The notes: generated by a model not told the origin, from the sequence alone. 63,988 bases of DNA, filler included, from Aduncisulcus paluster (GCA_024181965.1; 5 parts of 5 records of this genome joined end to end with filler, not necessarily neighbours in it), one strand, 5' to 3'. Numbered from the whole stretch's first letter, positions 10,615 to 22,175 are shown. Numbers and translations are program-made.

Positions 10615-12884
10615 CAAAGGATTCACCTTCGGGATCTTCTGGGGGTTGCCATGAAGGAGGGCTTTCGTTGGAGAGTGAGGAAGAACAAGAGGAAATAAGT
10701 CCATTGTCTTCATATTTTGTTCCTTTGAGACATTCATATTATGTTCTTTGCATTAATCTTCAGAAAATCAAAGATTTTGTCCATACAAATCCAGTGGGAA
10801 TGAAAGCCCATATTCATCCTCGTGTTAAAGCAAAGCTGGATCGTTCAATGTACTCTCAGATTCTGAAACCTCATGTAAAAACATTCCGAGTCAACGATTT
10901 TGCATGCTCGACAACAATCCTCACAAGTCTGGATTCTATTTTTGGAACATTTTTCCAGAGTGTGTGGTATATTCGAGAGATGAGAGGCATAATCAATGTT
11001 TCTCACCATGTCCTTGAGCAATACAAGCAATCGTTTGATCCCATTGCAATCAAAGAAATGAAGGATCAAGCCACGGCTGCCCTAGCAATTGACGCCCAAG
11101 GCAGTGAGGATGATGAGGTGGAAGTTGAAAGTGTCGAGGAGGAATTCCATCCTTTACTTGATAATTTACCTCCTTCCTCACCTTCATTCTCTGTGGCAGC
11201 TTTGATATCTTCTTTGTTGGGACTTGTTTCCATCCATTCAAATCAAGAACACGATGTGGATAGAAAAGAGGCAGGGAAAGAGAAAGAAGAAGAAAGTCAG
11301 GAAGGAACAGAAATGTCAGAGAGACCTTTCAAGGTTTTGAGCGGATACAGAAGCCAGTTGTGTGCTTGCCTTTCTCAATTGGTTGAGTTTTGTCATACGG
11401 TATTCATACCAAATGAAATTAATACCATTTATGATGCTGTTAAGGCTAAAGTCAAATCTGAAAGTGACCAGAAAAAGCTTGATAATTCTAAGAAGAAGAA
11501 AAAGAAGAAATCTAAGAAAAAGAGTGAAGAGGAGGAATCTGATATCAGCGGTGCCATTGATGCAGCAAACTCAGCCCTTCCTCTTGGCGATGCATCGGCC
11601 AAATATTCGACCATTTCCAGTGATAATGCTGCCTTGATTATGATCTGTGACTGGATAATCTCTAAAATATCACCGATGAGTTATTACATTATTGAGCAAT
11701 TGGTGGTCAACAAGGTTCAAGATTCCTCGATTGGAATGTCTCCAACATTAACTCAGTATCTCCAACAATGGATACATCCTTCAGAACTGTCTATCTCGAT
11801 ACCTTCAAAGACAGAACTCAAACATTCGGTTGTGAGTTGTATTAAGTTCATGTGTGTTCAGGTTATCAATGGAAATAGACAAGAAGATACGGCCAGGGCG
11901 TGTTATTGTTCGTTATTGAATTGTCTCAGTCTTGTCATGCGGTGTGAGATGAATATCGATGGTATTCGTGAGTATTTGTGGGAAAGAAAAATACATCGAC
12001 AAGCAATTGTAAACATGTGTGCAATGTGTACTGCAACTTCAGAGACTTCTTCAATGCTTGGTCGCACTTCATTGCTTTCGAATACTGATATTGCATTATT
12101 GAATGAGCAAAGGGACAGTATTCTCGAAGAATTTGATGCCAAGACACTGAAAAACACATATGGTGTGTTTCTGGGGGAGGATAGTGGAATTAGTAAGGAT
12201 AAAAGAAGGAAATTACGACAATGCTCAATGAAATTGGCTCTCATGTTTCGTATTGCAAGGAAGATAGAAGGTTCAGTTGGAAATTTCTCTTCTGCAATCA
12301 CTATGATCAAGCGGCGCACAACACATATCGAGCCTGCCGAAGCTTGTTTATTCCTTTCTGAAGGGTATTTTGATATTCGCAGTGATTTTGCTTTCAAAAC
12401 CGCTTTTAATACCTATTTTGAACTTCTTTTCAAGTATCAGAATGGAATTAAATCGTATGGAAATGTGACAAATATGTTCTATATTTTAAGTCTTCTCAAA
12501 TCAAAGTCCCATGAAGTTAAATCGACCATAGATTCGAATGGATATTCCATCATGTTCTTCATTGGTCAATGCATAAAGTGTATCTCAATCATTTCTTCAA
12601 AAACAAATGTTGCGAGCAAGTTGAAGAAACATTCGACAGATCTCTCAGATGTTGAGATTACTGCTCTTTCTGATCTCAAGAGTTGGGTGAAGAATTGTCT
12701 TGCAAGAGTGAATTGGCTCTTGAAAATGATAAAATCGGGAAGAAAAGAACGCGTTGAAGTTATTTCTTTGGCCTCAAAATGGTGCAAGAATATAAATCGA
12801 GATAGCGAACAAAAACAAGTTGATTTGATTTTGAAGCGATGGAAATCCGTTCTTGAAAAGGCTAAAAAGGATTATGTTTCTTAG
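10611..12884 (+). CDS. Hypothetical helical protein; probable C-terminal continuation of 6076-10614 after a frameshift
   Basis: 757-aa ORF with no ATG at its 5' end (GTG call); its frame reads PSSSSSSSSDVTKD upstream of 10611. Confidence 0.75.
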   Translation: MTKDSPSGSSGGCHEGGLSLESEEEQEEISPLSSYFVPLRHSYYVLCINLQKIKDFVHTNPVGMKAHIHPRVKAKLDRSMYSQILKPHVKTFRVNDFACSTTILTSLDSIFGTFFQSVWYIREMRGIINVSHHVLEQYKQSFDPIAIKEMKDQATAALAIDAQGSEDDEVEVESVEEEFHPLLDNLPPSSPSFSVAALISSLLGLVSIHSNQEHDVDRKEAGKEKEEESQEGTEMSERPFKVLSGYRSQLCACLSQLVEFCHTVFIPNEINTIYDAVKAKVKSESDQKKLDNSKKKKKKKSKKKSEEEESDISGAIDAANSALPLGDASAKYSTISSDNAALIMICDWIISKISPMSYYIIEQLVVNKVQDSSIGMSPTLTQYLQQWIHPSELSISIPSKTELKHSVVSCIKFMCVQVINGNRQEDTARACYCSLLNCLSLVMRCEMNIDGIREYLWERKIHRQAIVNMCAMCTATSETSSMLGRTSLLSNTDIALLNEQRDSILEEFDAKTLKNTYGVFLGEDSGISKDKRRKLRQCSMKLALMFRIARKIEGSVGNFSSAITMIKRRTTHIEPAEACLFLSEGYFDIRSDFAFKTAFNTYFELLFKYQNGIKSYGNVTNMFYILSLLKSKSHEVKSTIDSNGYSIMFFIGQCIKCISIISSKTNVASKLKKHSTDLSDVEITALSDLKSWVKNCLARVNWLLKMIKSGRKERVEVISLASKWCKNINRDSEQKQVDLILKRWKSVLEKAKKDYVS

Positions 12885-12922
12885 ATCTAATATTTCATAT
12901 ATATTGATTGTTCTTTATTGGT

Positions 12923-13924
12923 TTAGATGCCGGCACCAGCGACTCTTTCTTCCATTTCATTGCTTTCTTCTTCAATCACCTCTTTCTGTGCACCCCAACG
13001 ACCTCTATCGGCTTCTTCCTCATCGGCAACACTGCTACTGCTTTCTAAATCGTATTCTTCCTGAAATTTCTCGGCGACTTTCTTCTTTATCTGCTCTTGT
13101 TGTTCTCCAGGGGAAGGTTGTTCCATCTCAGCATGTTCTTCCTCTTCTTGCTCTTGATTCTCATCGATATCTTCAAGATGTTCCTTGTGGAACTTTCTTT
13201 TGATGGTGTCTTTAGCCTTGTTTCCAAATTTTTCGGCAAGATACTTCATGTATTGAATACCTTTACGAAAGGTCGGCTTCAACGCATCCATGGCCTTATG
13301 AGGAAGTTTATATGCGAAGATTGGAGGTAATAAGCACAAGGAAATGGACATTAAAAGGAATAAAGCGCTCATAGAAACCTTATATGTGAAGATTAAAGCA
13401 AAGATTAGGGTGGCTCCAGCGATGAGTCTGAATCTTTTAGGTTTGTTTTGTTTCAGTGATTTCATGTTTGCAGAGGAGATGATTGCAGTGGAATATACGG
13501 AAACAAGGCCCTCACAGAGACGGTCATACGAGAGTTGAGCAGGAAGCATGACAGGCTTGGATTGGGAAGCTTCTTCATCCTCATCCTCGGCATACTGACG
13601 TTCCTCTTCCATTTGTCTCTCCTCTTCTTGACGCTGTTTCTCAACATTTGGTAAATCAATCTGCTTTATACCCTTCATAACTCCTCGAGATAAAAGGAAA
13701 AGTAACAAACAAGTAAAAAGAACGTTAAAGTTGGAAAATAAGACAATAACATTTAAAATAACGAGAAATGAAACAATAAAAGCATATCCAATGGGGCGTT
13801 TTGAGGTCAATGATTCTTGAGCAAACATGATGCGATTCCGATGAGGATCGAAAAGCTTGTGAATTCTGTCTCTAAATTTTTTGACCCTGTTTTTGTAATC
13901 AGTTGTGTCTTCGTAGGGGATCAT
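12923..13924 (-). CDS. Reticulon-homology-like ER membrane protein (ARL6IP1/FAM134-like) with an acidic tail
   Basis: Two long hydrophobic hairpins. The segment YDRLCEGLV...MKSLKQNKPKRFRLIAGATLIFALIFTYKVSMSALFLLMSISLCLLPP resembles the ARL6IP1/RETREG second hairpin. The C-terminus is E-rich. First ATG is at 13924. Confidence 0.6.
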   Translation of the reverse strand: MIPYEDTTDYKNRVKKFRDRIHKLFDPHRNRIMFAQESLTSKRPIGYAFIVSFLVILNVIVLFSNFNVLFTCLLLFLLSRGVMKGIKQIDLPNVEKQRQEEERQMEEERQYAEDEDEEASQSKPVMLPAQLSYDRLCEGLVSVYSTAIISSANMKSLKQNKPKRFRLIAGATLIFALIFTYKVSMSALFLLMSISLCLLPPIFAYKLPHKAMDALKPTFRKGIQYMKYLAEKFGNKAKDTIKRKFHKEHLEDIDENQEQEEEEHAEMEQPSPGEQQEQIKKKVAEKFQEEYDLESSSSVADEEEADRGRWGAQKEVIEEESNEMEERVAGAGI

Positions 13925-14542
13925 GTTGTATCTTAGCTTCTCAAATTGCAAACAAAACAAAGTTAGAATGGGATGTCATGCGAGGTATAAGTTTCGCAGA
14001 ACCTGTAAATTCGAATTTAAATAATAAAATGAATTATTAAAAATATTGAAAGAATATTATCATGAAAACAAGATGATAAGCCAAAATAACTGACTAAAGA
14101 TCAAGATGGTAACATGATATTTGGACAAAAGTCTCGTACACAACAAATGGAAGAAGATAGAAAAATAAAATTGCAGTTGATGTAAATATTGAGACATAAA
14201 ATTTAGAAATATAATATCTGAAATACATTAACTCCATATTATGAATGTCAGGGATGTTTTTTTCTGTTCTTGATGAACATAGATTAGAATTCAAATTTTC
14301 CATGGAAAACGCCAATATAAATCTAATTAAATAATAAAATTTGGTGGACGCATTTAATAATGTAGTAGATACACAAAATCAGGGAGATTGGAATTCCCTC
14401 AAGAACTACATGGAATATATATATAATAATAATGAAAATACTTTGCATATATGATATGATGCACTAATTATTATTTCTATAATGATTTATTCTTAAAAAT
14501 ATTTTGCTCTCAATCAACATTGCCTTTTGGTGTCGACTAAAA

Positions 14543-15808
14543 ATGTTACCATCCAAAATGTCCGAGAAAATGTCCCCTCGACGGGAATCTAAGACAAAAG
14601 ATCAAGATGGTAACATGATATTTGGACCAAAACATGTAAACCCCCCAGAAACCATGATCAGGCGGAAAAAGGCGGTCTCATATGGATATTTACAACTTTC
14701 AAGATCTATTTTCTTTGATAGACCACATACTGTTGCTTTTGATAAAAGCGAGCCACTTGTCCTCGAGCCAGAGAACGCAGATGAAGACCCGCCAAGCCCA
14801 AAATTAATTATTCAAACAGCCGGTCCAAAAACAAATGCCATAAGAAATGCATTCCGTAATTCAAGTTTTAAGGTGCTTGAAGATATTCCCAATCCCACTT
14901 TCACTGTGTTCTGGGGTAAAGTTCAGAAATCACCATTTTATTTGAAATTGAGACCATACCAAAAGGTTAACCATTTCCCCGGGACCTTTGAAATGGGTAG
15001 AAAAGATAGATTGTGGAAGAATATTAACCGTGCCGCCAAGAAGTTTGGTTATGACAATTTTGATATTTCTCCTGCCTCCTTTTGCCTCCCCATGGAAGTG
15101 GATCTACTCAAGGCAACGATGAGTCGTTATCCCGATAGAATGTATATCTACAAGCCCAATGCGTTGAGTCGTGGTAGAGGGATTCGTCTGATCACAAGTA
15201 CAAAGCATATTCCTGATAAACCCAATAATGCATTGGTGCAACATTACATCGATAACCCTCTTCTCGTCAATGGGTATAAATTCGACCTTCGTATCTACGT
15301 ATTTGTTACCTCATATGAACCTCTCCGTGCCTATATATATAAAGAGGGACTGGCTCGGTTTGCTACTGAAAAATATAGTTGCGACAAGTCAACTCGGAGA
15401 CACTTATACATGCATTTGACGAATTACAGCCTCAACAAGGGTAGAGAGAAGTTTGTTGAACCTGACTCTGCTACAGGTGATGAAATGAGTTCTAAATGGG
15501 CTCTCACTCAACTCTTGTCCCATCTTGCCACGAATGGTGTCAACACGACCGTGTTATGGTCTAGAATCAAGGATTTAGTTCGTAAGACTCTTATTGCAGC
15601 TGAACCTAACGTTGTGTCCTCCTTGATTGCTGCTACTCCCTCCGGCCGTGAAAGAGATTATCCTGTTGCATTTGAGTTGTATGGTTTCGATGTTTTGATC
15701 GATGACAAACTCAAACCGTGGCTTATTGAGGTCAATACCTCCCCATCTACTGGTTCTCCTTCCCCTCTCGACAAACGGATAAAATGGCCCATGCTGAAGT
15801 ATTCCATG
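14543..15808 (+). CDS. TTLL: Tubulin-tyrosine ligase-like polyglutamylase (TTLL4/5-type), 3'-truncated by the contig end
   Basis: QKVNHFPG..EMGRKD.L, KP..LSRGRGI, VQHYIDNPLL.NG.KFDLRIYV, EGLARFAT, MHLTNYSLNK, FELYGFDVLID..LKPWLIEVN.SPS. Confidence 0.95.
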
Positions 15809-15908
15809 NNNNNNNNNNNNNNNNNNNNNNNNNNNNNNNNNNNNNNNNNNNNTTAATTAATTAANNNNNNNNNNNNNNNNNNNNNNNNNNNNNNNNNNNN
15901 NNNNNNNN
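15809..15908. other. Artificial contig linker (N44-TTAATTAATTAA-N44)
   Basis: All-frame stop linker within N runs; the same 100-nt structure recurs three more times. Confidence 0.98.
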
Positions 15909-16799
15909 ATATTTTTCTCCTCGTTCCAGGAGAGTTAACCCTTTTGAATATAATGCCATGAAAACTCCAGAAATGAATGAAGGAATAAAAGAAAGATAGA
16001 CAAATGTTGCTTTCTTTTCACAACAATGCATCGAAAGAACGGAAATAACAAGAAAACCGAGTCCAACAATGAATACATACATAAAAGTTACATTACCGAA
16101 CGATATTGCTGATCTTTCTGAGTCATCCTTAATATAGCCCCAAATGAGAAATACAATGGTTATACCAATAGAATTTAACATTAAACATGTCACTTCAGTA
16201 TCCTTTTTGTCAATATTCAAAAAGGAGATCGATGAAATGAAAAAAATGATAAAAATAATGAATAACCATGCATTACAATAAAATCCGATTAGAGAAGTGC
16301 AGCCACAGATGAAAAATAAAATAAAATCAATTATAGGAAATTTTATATTTGGATAGTACTGTACTATACTATATTTATCTTGCTTTTTGTTTTTGATGAA
16401 GGAAAATAGCCCAATTCCAAGTCCTGCATTAATTATTCCACCGATGACTCCAAATACACACCATCCACGAATATCTCCCCCTAATTCCACATGAGGTATT
16501 AATGCTTTCGCATATGATGGTATGAAAACTCCCGAAATGGCCGAACTTAACTTTGCAAAAAAGTCATAAGGGAGTTCAATAGCGTCAAAAACTGTCAAGA
16601 TACCAAAAATAACAATCCATCCAACTCCAACAATGGATATACTTACTAAAATCACATCGTTTATCGTTAAAACAGATTTATCTTCCTCATCATCATCATT
16701 ATATGAATCTTCCACAGACGAATTGACTTGATTATGGGATATCCGAATATTTTTGGGATTTGAGTAATAATTATCTGAATTATTTTGAAATTTATACAA
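15909..16799 (-). CDS. Multi-pass membrane protein, truncated by the contig end; 5' end possibly frameshifted from 16792-17133
   Basis: About 8-9 hydrophobic segments; no ATG near the 5' end of the frame. Confidence 0.65.
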
Positions 16800-17133
16800 T
16801 TTCTGTATCTTTCACTGCAATATTATCATCAAGCTCACTAGTATTATCAACAATAGGCTCTTCTCTTCCAAATTGTCTCTCCCCATATTCAATGGAAGAC
16901 TTGAGATAATGGTCAGCCAAATTATGAGTATTATGATGGAATCCACCCATCAAATCATTTTTATCCTGATGTGACCATGATTCAGTATGAGTTTTATGAA
17001 TCCTCTCAGAATAAGCAATATCAGAGGAATGGACAGTATTGATAAGGAGGAAAAGTAGAATAATTCCGATAAGTAATACTTGAAGATGCATTTTATGACG
17101 TTCTAAACCAGAATACATGAAAATATTATTCAT
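16792..17133 (-). CDS. Signal-peptide-bearing, His-rich hypothetical ORF; probable N-terminus of the downstream membrane protein
   Basis: MHLQVLLIGIILLFLLINTVHS is signal-like; the ORF overlaps the next ORF by 8 nt. Confidence 0.5.
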   Translation of the reverse strand: MNNIFMYSGLERHKMHLQVLLIGIILLFLLINTVHSSDIAYSERIHKTHTESWSHQDKNDLMGGFHHNTHNLADHYLKSSIEYGERQFGREEPIVDNTSELDDNIAVKDTEIV

Positions 17134-18180
17134 GAAGGAATACTAAGACTATTATTTGGGATGTAGTAAAATAACAATATAATATACAGAAAAGTCAAAA
17201 TATTACCAACAATGAAATTGAAGAATTGTGACAAAAAGGAACTATTCTTTGGCTCAGCACTGGATATCACTTTTCTCAGTGAGAAATAATAATTTGAATG
17301 GAATTATTGTCAATTTACCTTTTCGTTAACATTAATACCAATATAAATCCCCAATAAAATATTTTTTCCTCCTCCTTATTTTAGATTTTTCCTCAGCTGA
17401 GAAATCTTTTCAATTTCTCTACCATAAAGTTAAACGATTCTTTATGATTTAGATTCAACATAATACCAATTTTACCGTCAACAATGGTGAAGTAGATCGC
17501 ATAAATAACAGTATTTCATAGGTAACAAAGAAATCAAACAAAACACGGCCAAACAATCAGATAGCTGGGTTTTTTTCATAATGCTTCAAGTCAAAACGGT
17601 TTTATATTTCAGTACAAGGAATATTTCATCGACCCACAACACGGGAAAAAGGAATTTATATTCAAAAATTTCAAATTTCGATGGAATATATTAAGATCGG
17701 CATAAAAATTTAATGTTTCCAGTAGAATTGTTTTATATATTATTTTGAAGTTTTTTAAGATCATTGAATGTTTCATTTTGATGGTTTTATCTGCTTTAAC
17801 CAATCACATTTCGTTGAACAAGAATATCAATATATTTCTGCCATTTGATGGAAAGAATATGAATAATCACAAAATAATAAGACCATTTCCAAAAGTGTGC
17901 ATTGTGATGTATATGCCATTATCAAGAAAAACGAGTCGTTTTACAAATCTCATGAATCATCATGCACGTGACATGATATCACGTGATAGATTGGGTAGAC
18001 AGAGAGAGATCATGATTCCATTCGTTGAGAAATCACTTGCCAAGAAATCATGGCGTGATTTAGAAATCCTCCAATTCTTGAGTCAAGAACAAAACAAATA
18101 TTTCTATAAACAAATTTTTACTATCTAAACATAGAAATTAATGAATTTGTGTTTTAATCCAATGTAAGTGAATATTATAA

Positions 18181-20184
18181 CTATTTAAAACCCTTTCCTT
18201 TCGCAGTAGGAAGAGGCAAGTAAAGTTTTTCAGGATCATCACGAAATTGATGTTTAGGACTCTTCCAATTGCTATCAATTTCCCTTCTCAAAAGTCTAAT
18301 AATCTTTGCGCGTTCGAGTGTTCGTTCTCTCCCACTCATCTGTCCGAAAGCATGGTTTGAAGACACTTTGCCGGAAGACACTGGATCCGAGAGCAATGAA
18401 AACTCCTCCTTGGGATATAATTTATGCCATTTATCCGACACGACACCACTAGCACCAATCCCTGTGCCCTTCCCACCTCGTTTCTTGAGTGGAACAGACT
18501 CAGTTCTCCTCTCCAAATCATGTTTCGTTGCCGTGTCTTTTTCTCCTCCCCACACCCTCAGATCTCCTTCATCCTCTCTGCGCTCTCGTGCGGACAGGAC
18601 AGAGTCAAGCTTCTTCGCAGTCTCACTCTGCATCAGTAAGGCTCGGCATTTACGACAGAAGCGAGCTCCAAGAGCACTCGAAGTGAAGATATGGTTCTTG
18701 TCATGGGAAGGATCCGTGGACTTGGCCAAACGCCGGTTGTACTGCAATTCTTTCTTCGAGGGCTTATATTTCTTCCTGGATGGCTTGGGAGTCGTGGTTG
18801 GAACCCTCTCATAATCTTGAACGCCAATCACATCCTCTTCAGTCAACAGAGCTCCACACACACACCTTGCACCATACCCATCTTCCTCCTTCATCCTCTT
18901 CTTCCGCCGTTGCCTCTGGGTCTTCTCCTCTCCAAAGATCACAGAAGTGACAGACGATAATGTTGGATAAAAGGTACTATCGCTCACTGTCGATCTAGGG
19001 ATGCTATCACGATCACTGCGAAGTCCCTCATACAGTCCGTCTGCACTCAGATCAGAACTCACAGTCCGCGAGAAGGGGCGAATATCACGTTCCTGATGCA
19101 TAATGGCATCGATCGAGTGTCGATGTTTGCCAGAGGGTCCCAAGAAAGCAGAAGCATCATAGTCCTTAACTAGAGGATTCCTGGTATCAGTAGCATGTGC
19201 ATGGTGCTCCTCTTCTTCGTCAATGGCGTCTGAGAAGAATCGCATGTCATCAATGGTTTTGGCAGGACGAGTACACCTCTCGGTTACACAGCCACGAGGC
19301 ATGGCTGGAGACGCAGAGATTATCCGACGGTGGCGTGACGACAGGGGCAAAGTCGTGTTCCATGCCATTGGAATGCCCGATTGAGGGGTCAATTCGTATT
19401 TTTCTGGGTATCTAGCGGAAGTGGAATGAGCGAATGGATTCGATTTTAAGAATATTCCTAAATCGGGTGGAACAGACTGCGACATAATCCTCTCAGATGA
19501 TGTATATTGACGTGCACTCGCAGGCTTTCGATCAACTGAGTACGTAGAGCCGTATCTTTCCATACTTTTGGTTCCACGTGCAGTCAAAAAGTTTTGGTCA
19601 ATATTTGAAGATGAACGTGGCTTTGGTGTGTGAATATACGGCGCATCTCCCCGAATAACACGTGCAGAACGGGTACATATATCAAATTTCTCAAGAACAT
19701 CGTCGGAAGCTGATGTTGATGTTTTGGATGGAGAACGTAAAAAACTTGACGATGAAAATAAACGAGGAATATGAACTCCCGAAGAATGGCATGTAGTTGC
19801 TAATAATTCTTCATTTTTCTCTTCTTCGGAAGATTCTACATTCTCTTCAACCACCTGGTCTGGTATTGGGATGGTTTGAGCATCTTTTGTAATAATTTCT
19901 TGAGTATTAACATCTTCTGGAATAGGAATTTCGGAGATAACTTGACTAGTCACGGGAAGAGGGGTGAGCTGATAATCATCCTTTGGCGATTGATCTGAAA
20001 CATCTTTCATAATAATATCTTGCTTTATGGGAATTACTTCTATTTGAGGATTTAAACTAACCTTAGAGCTTGGAGAACTTGATTTGGAAACACGAGAACC
20101 AACAGAATCTTCAAATACACTTATTGGAGAGGAAACTAAGTCGGTTGACAGTTTTATCCGTGGTTTTTCTCCACTAAACGACAT
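18181..20184 (-). CDS. Hypothetical disordered protein with a split CxC...CxxC zinc-finger-like motif
   Basis: Long ORF with likely ATG at 20184 (MSFSGEKPRIK); contains RCVCGALL...FCRKC. Confidence 0.75.
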   Translation of the reverse strand: MSFSGEKPRIKLSTDLVSSPISVFEDSVGSRVSKSSSPSSKVSLNPQIEVIPIKQDIIMKDVSDQSPKDDYQLTPLPVTSQVISEIPIPEDVNTQEIITKDAQTIPIPDQVVEENVESSEEEKNEELLATTCHSSGVHIPRLFSSSSFLRSPSKTSTSASDDVLEKFDICTRSARVIRGDAPYIHTPKPRSSSNIDQNFLTARGTKSMERYGSTYSVDRKPASARQYTSSERIMSQSVPPDLGIFLKSNPFAHSTSARYPEKYELTPQSGIPMAWNTTLPLSSRHRRIISASPAMPRGCVTERCTRPAKTIDDMRFFSDAIDEEEEHHAHATDTRNPLVKDYDASAFLGPSGKHRHSIDAIMHQERDIRPFSRTVSSDLSADGLYEGLRSDRDSIPRSTVSDSTFYPTLSSVTSVIFGEEKTQRQRRKKRMKEEDGYGARCVCGALLTEEDVIGVQDYERVPTTTPKPSRKKYKPSKKELQYNRRLAKSTDPSHDKNHIFTSSALGARFCRKCRALLMQSETAKKLDSVLSARERREDEGDLRVWGGEKDTATKHDLERRTESVPLKKRGGKGTGIGASGVVSDKWHKLYPKEEFSLLSDPVSSGKVSSNHAFGQMSGRERTLERAKIIRLLRREIDSNWKSPKHQFRDDPEKLYLPLPTAKGKGFK

Positions 20185-20435
20185 AAAAACAGACGAAAAA
20201 AATAAAAAATTAAAATGTAGTTGTGGTTTTCCGAAGAAATTCGAGTGTGTTTTCATTTCTGTCAAGAATAGTTAGTTTATTTCGAAATTTCCTGTTTTTA
20301 TATTAATAAAATTACTTTAATTTTCTCGAAAGGTGAAAAAGTAAAACATCTTAATACAGAAAAAAACGATACGAATTAAAAACTTAAAAAACTTCATATA
20401 ATTATTTACTTTATCAATTCGCAATCAAATTAATT

Positions 20436-22175
20436 TTAGACGACAGGGTAAGAAGCCTCGGTAGCAACACCACATCTGTTGACGTTAGGGTCAGCCTTGA
20501 TGTAGATGAAACCGTTGTCACCCCAAAGAGGAGACCAGGAGTTCTTCACAATCCAGTATGGAACAGTCTCAGCATCAGCATCAGTGGGGTCGTTGTATTC
20601 ACCATAACCGACGAGGGTAACAGCGTGAGCAAGGTCAGACTCGGCTCCACCACAGTTTTCATCGTCATAGATACCACTGGCGTAGTAAATGAAACTGTCA
20701 GGGACAGCAACGGCGATGGCAACGGGACCAGAGAGGAGAGCGGTGTAAAGATCATCGAAGTTGTGAGCGGTATCATCTTGGTCCCACCAGTTCTCGACAC
20801 CTTCCCAGTGATCAAAGTTGAACTTGGCATCAACACCTTGGTCAATCTTACAGTAGTCGTTAACACCGAGGTAAGGGTAGTCCTCATCAGCGGTGGATCC
20901 ATTGGAACAGAGCCAGTCAAGGGCGTATCCAGAGTCACCTCCGTTACAACCATTGTTGACACGGTAGTCAGGGTAAGCAGGGCTGTAAGTCCAGACACAG
21001 TCGACAACACGTTGCTCAGAAAGCTGAACGAACTCCTTGTTGGCAATGGCGAGACGACCAGAGAGGGATCCCATGGCACCGAAGGTCCAGCAAGAACCAC
21101 AAGCAGCTTGGTCTCTGACGGGTCCGGCAGCGTTGTACTTGCTCAATCTCCAGTCAATAGGGGCGTAAGAATCATATGTGGGGAAAGTGTGTTCTTTGTA
21201 GTTATCAAGCATGTCCCAGTTGTCTCTGTCATCGTTGGAAGGGCTGTGACCAGTGTACAAGTGTTGAACCTCCTCGTTGGAGAGATCAGCAAGGTGGTTA
21301 AGAGCCATGGTGAAGGTCTTGTTGGGGTTGGCGTTGTGCTCGTTGATCATGGCAAGACGATCAGAGAAAATTCCTTGACGCTTGGCAGTTTCCTTGGCAG
21401 TAGCGTAGTACTTGCCGTATTTGGCTTGGAATTTAGCGAACTGGGCACCAACGGAGTGTTTCTTACCACCGAGGTGAGTCTTGAGAAGGGTCTGGATACG
21501 AGAACCAGCACTTCCTTGAGTGGCATAGGGGTCGACGGGAGTGAAGGGGTTGTCACAAGGAGTGGGCTTGTCAAAGGCGTTGGCCTCGTTGTAGTAAGGA
21601 ATGTATGTGTAGTAATCAATGATGTAAAGGTCAAAGTGAGAACCTCCCCACATGTTGTAACCACGCATCTTCCACTGAACGGGGGTACCAGAATCGGTGA
21701 TGTAGATGTCGTAATATTGGATCTTATCGGTGATCTGTTGTCCGTCAACTTCAGGGATGGAAGTCCATTGGTAGTGTTTGCAAGAAATACCACGAACGCT
21801 CACTCTATCATCCTGCAAAACGAAGTCATCGTAGTTGGTGGGAAGAATGGGGGAGAGTTCAATGTCATCAGCATCCATGTAAGGGGCAATAACACACTCC
21901 TCATGACTGTCAGTGTTATCGACAGATTGAGCAATGTAAACTTCATAATAGATGGGATCATCGTTGGACAAATCAATGATAGTGTAATCAAGATTATCGT
22001 AATAAACGGTCTTTTGCTTCTGATTGTTGTAATAGTTGAAGGTAATAGGGATGTTCAACTCAGCATTCACGACTTGGAATTCAGCCTCAATATAATAGGT
22101 CTCAGGCCAAGTTGGCATGGTAGCGAAAGCAACAGCAATCAAAGAAAGTGTAAATACCAAATATTGGAAATTCAT
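20436..22175 (-). CDS. Papain-family (C1A) cysteine protease of the 26/29-kDa proteinase/CfaD type, with signal peptide, N-terminal extension and I29 prodomain
   Basis: DQAACGSCWTFG catalytic Cys, LAHAVTLVGYG His, YWIVKNSWS Asn; I29 F.MALNHLADL; N-terminal PVQWKMRGYNMWGGSHFDLY motif of the 26/29-kDa type. Strong codon bias suggests high expression. Confidence 0.93.
   Translation of the reverse strand: MNFQYLVFTLSLIAVAFATMPTWPETYYIEAEFQVVNAELNIPITFNYYNNQKQKTVYYDNLDYTIIDLSNDDPIYYEVYIAQSVDNTDSHEECVIAPYMDADDIELSPILPTNYDDFVLQDDRVSVRGISCKHYQWTSIPEVDGQQITDKIQYYDIYITDSGTPVQWKMRGYNMWGGSHFDLYIIDYYTYIPYYNEANAFDKPTPCDNPFTPVDPYATQGSAGSRIQTLLKTHLGGKKHSVGAQFAKFQAKYGKYYATAKETAKRQGIFSDRLAMINEHNANPNKTFTMALNHLADLSNEEVQHLYTGHSPSNDDRDNWDMLDNYKEHTFPTYDSYAPIDWRLSKYNAAGPVRDQAACGSCWTFGAMGSLSGRLAIANKEFVQLSEQRVVDCVWTYSPAYPDYRVNNGCNGGDSGYALDWLCSNGSTADEDYPYLGVNDYCKIDQGVDAKFNFDHWEGVENWWDQDDTAHNFDDLYTALLSGPVAIAVAVPDSFIYYASGIYDDENCGGAESDLAHAVTLVGYGEYNDPTDADAETVPYWIVKNSWSPLWGDNGFIYIKADPNVNRCGVATEASYPVV

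Noticed and set aside
17609-18128. Short ORFs and an imperfect CACGTG..CACGTG palindrome
   Set aside because: No ATG-initiated ORF with recognisable motifs; one imperfect palindrome is within chance.
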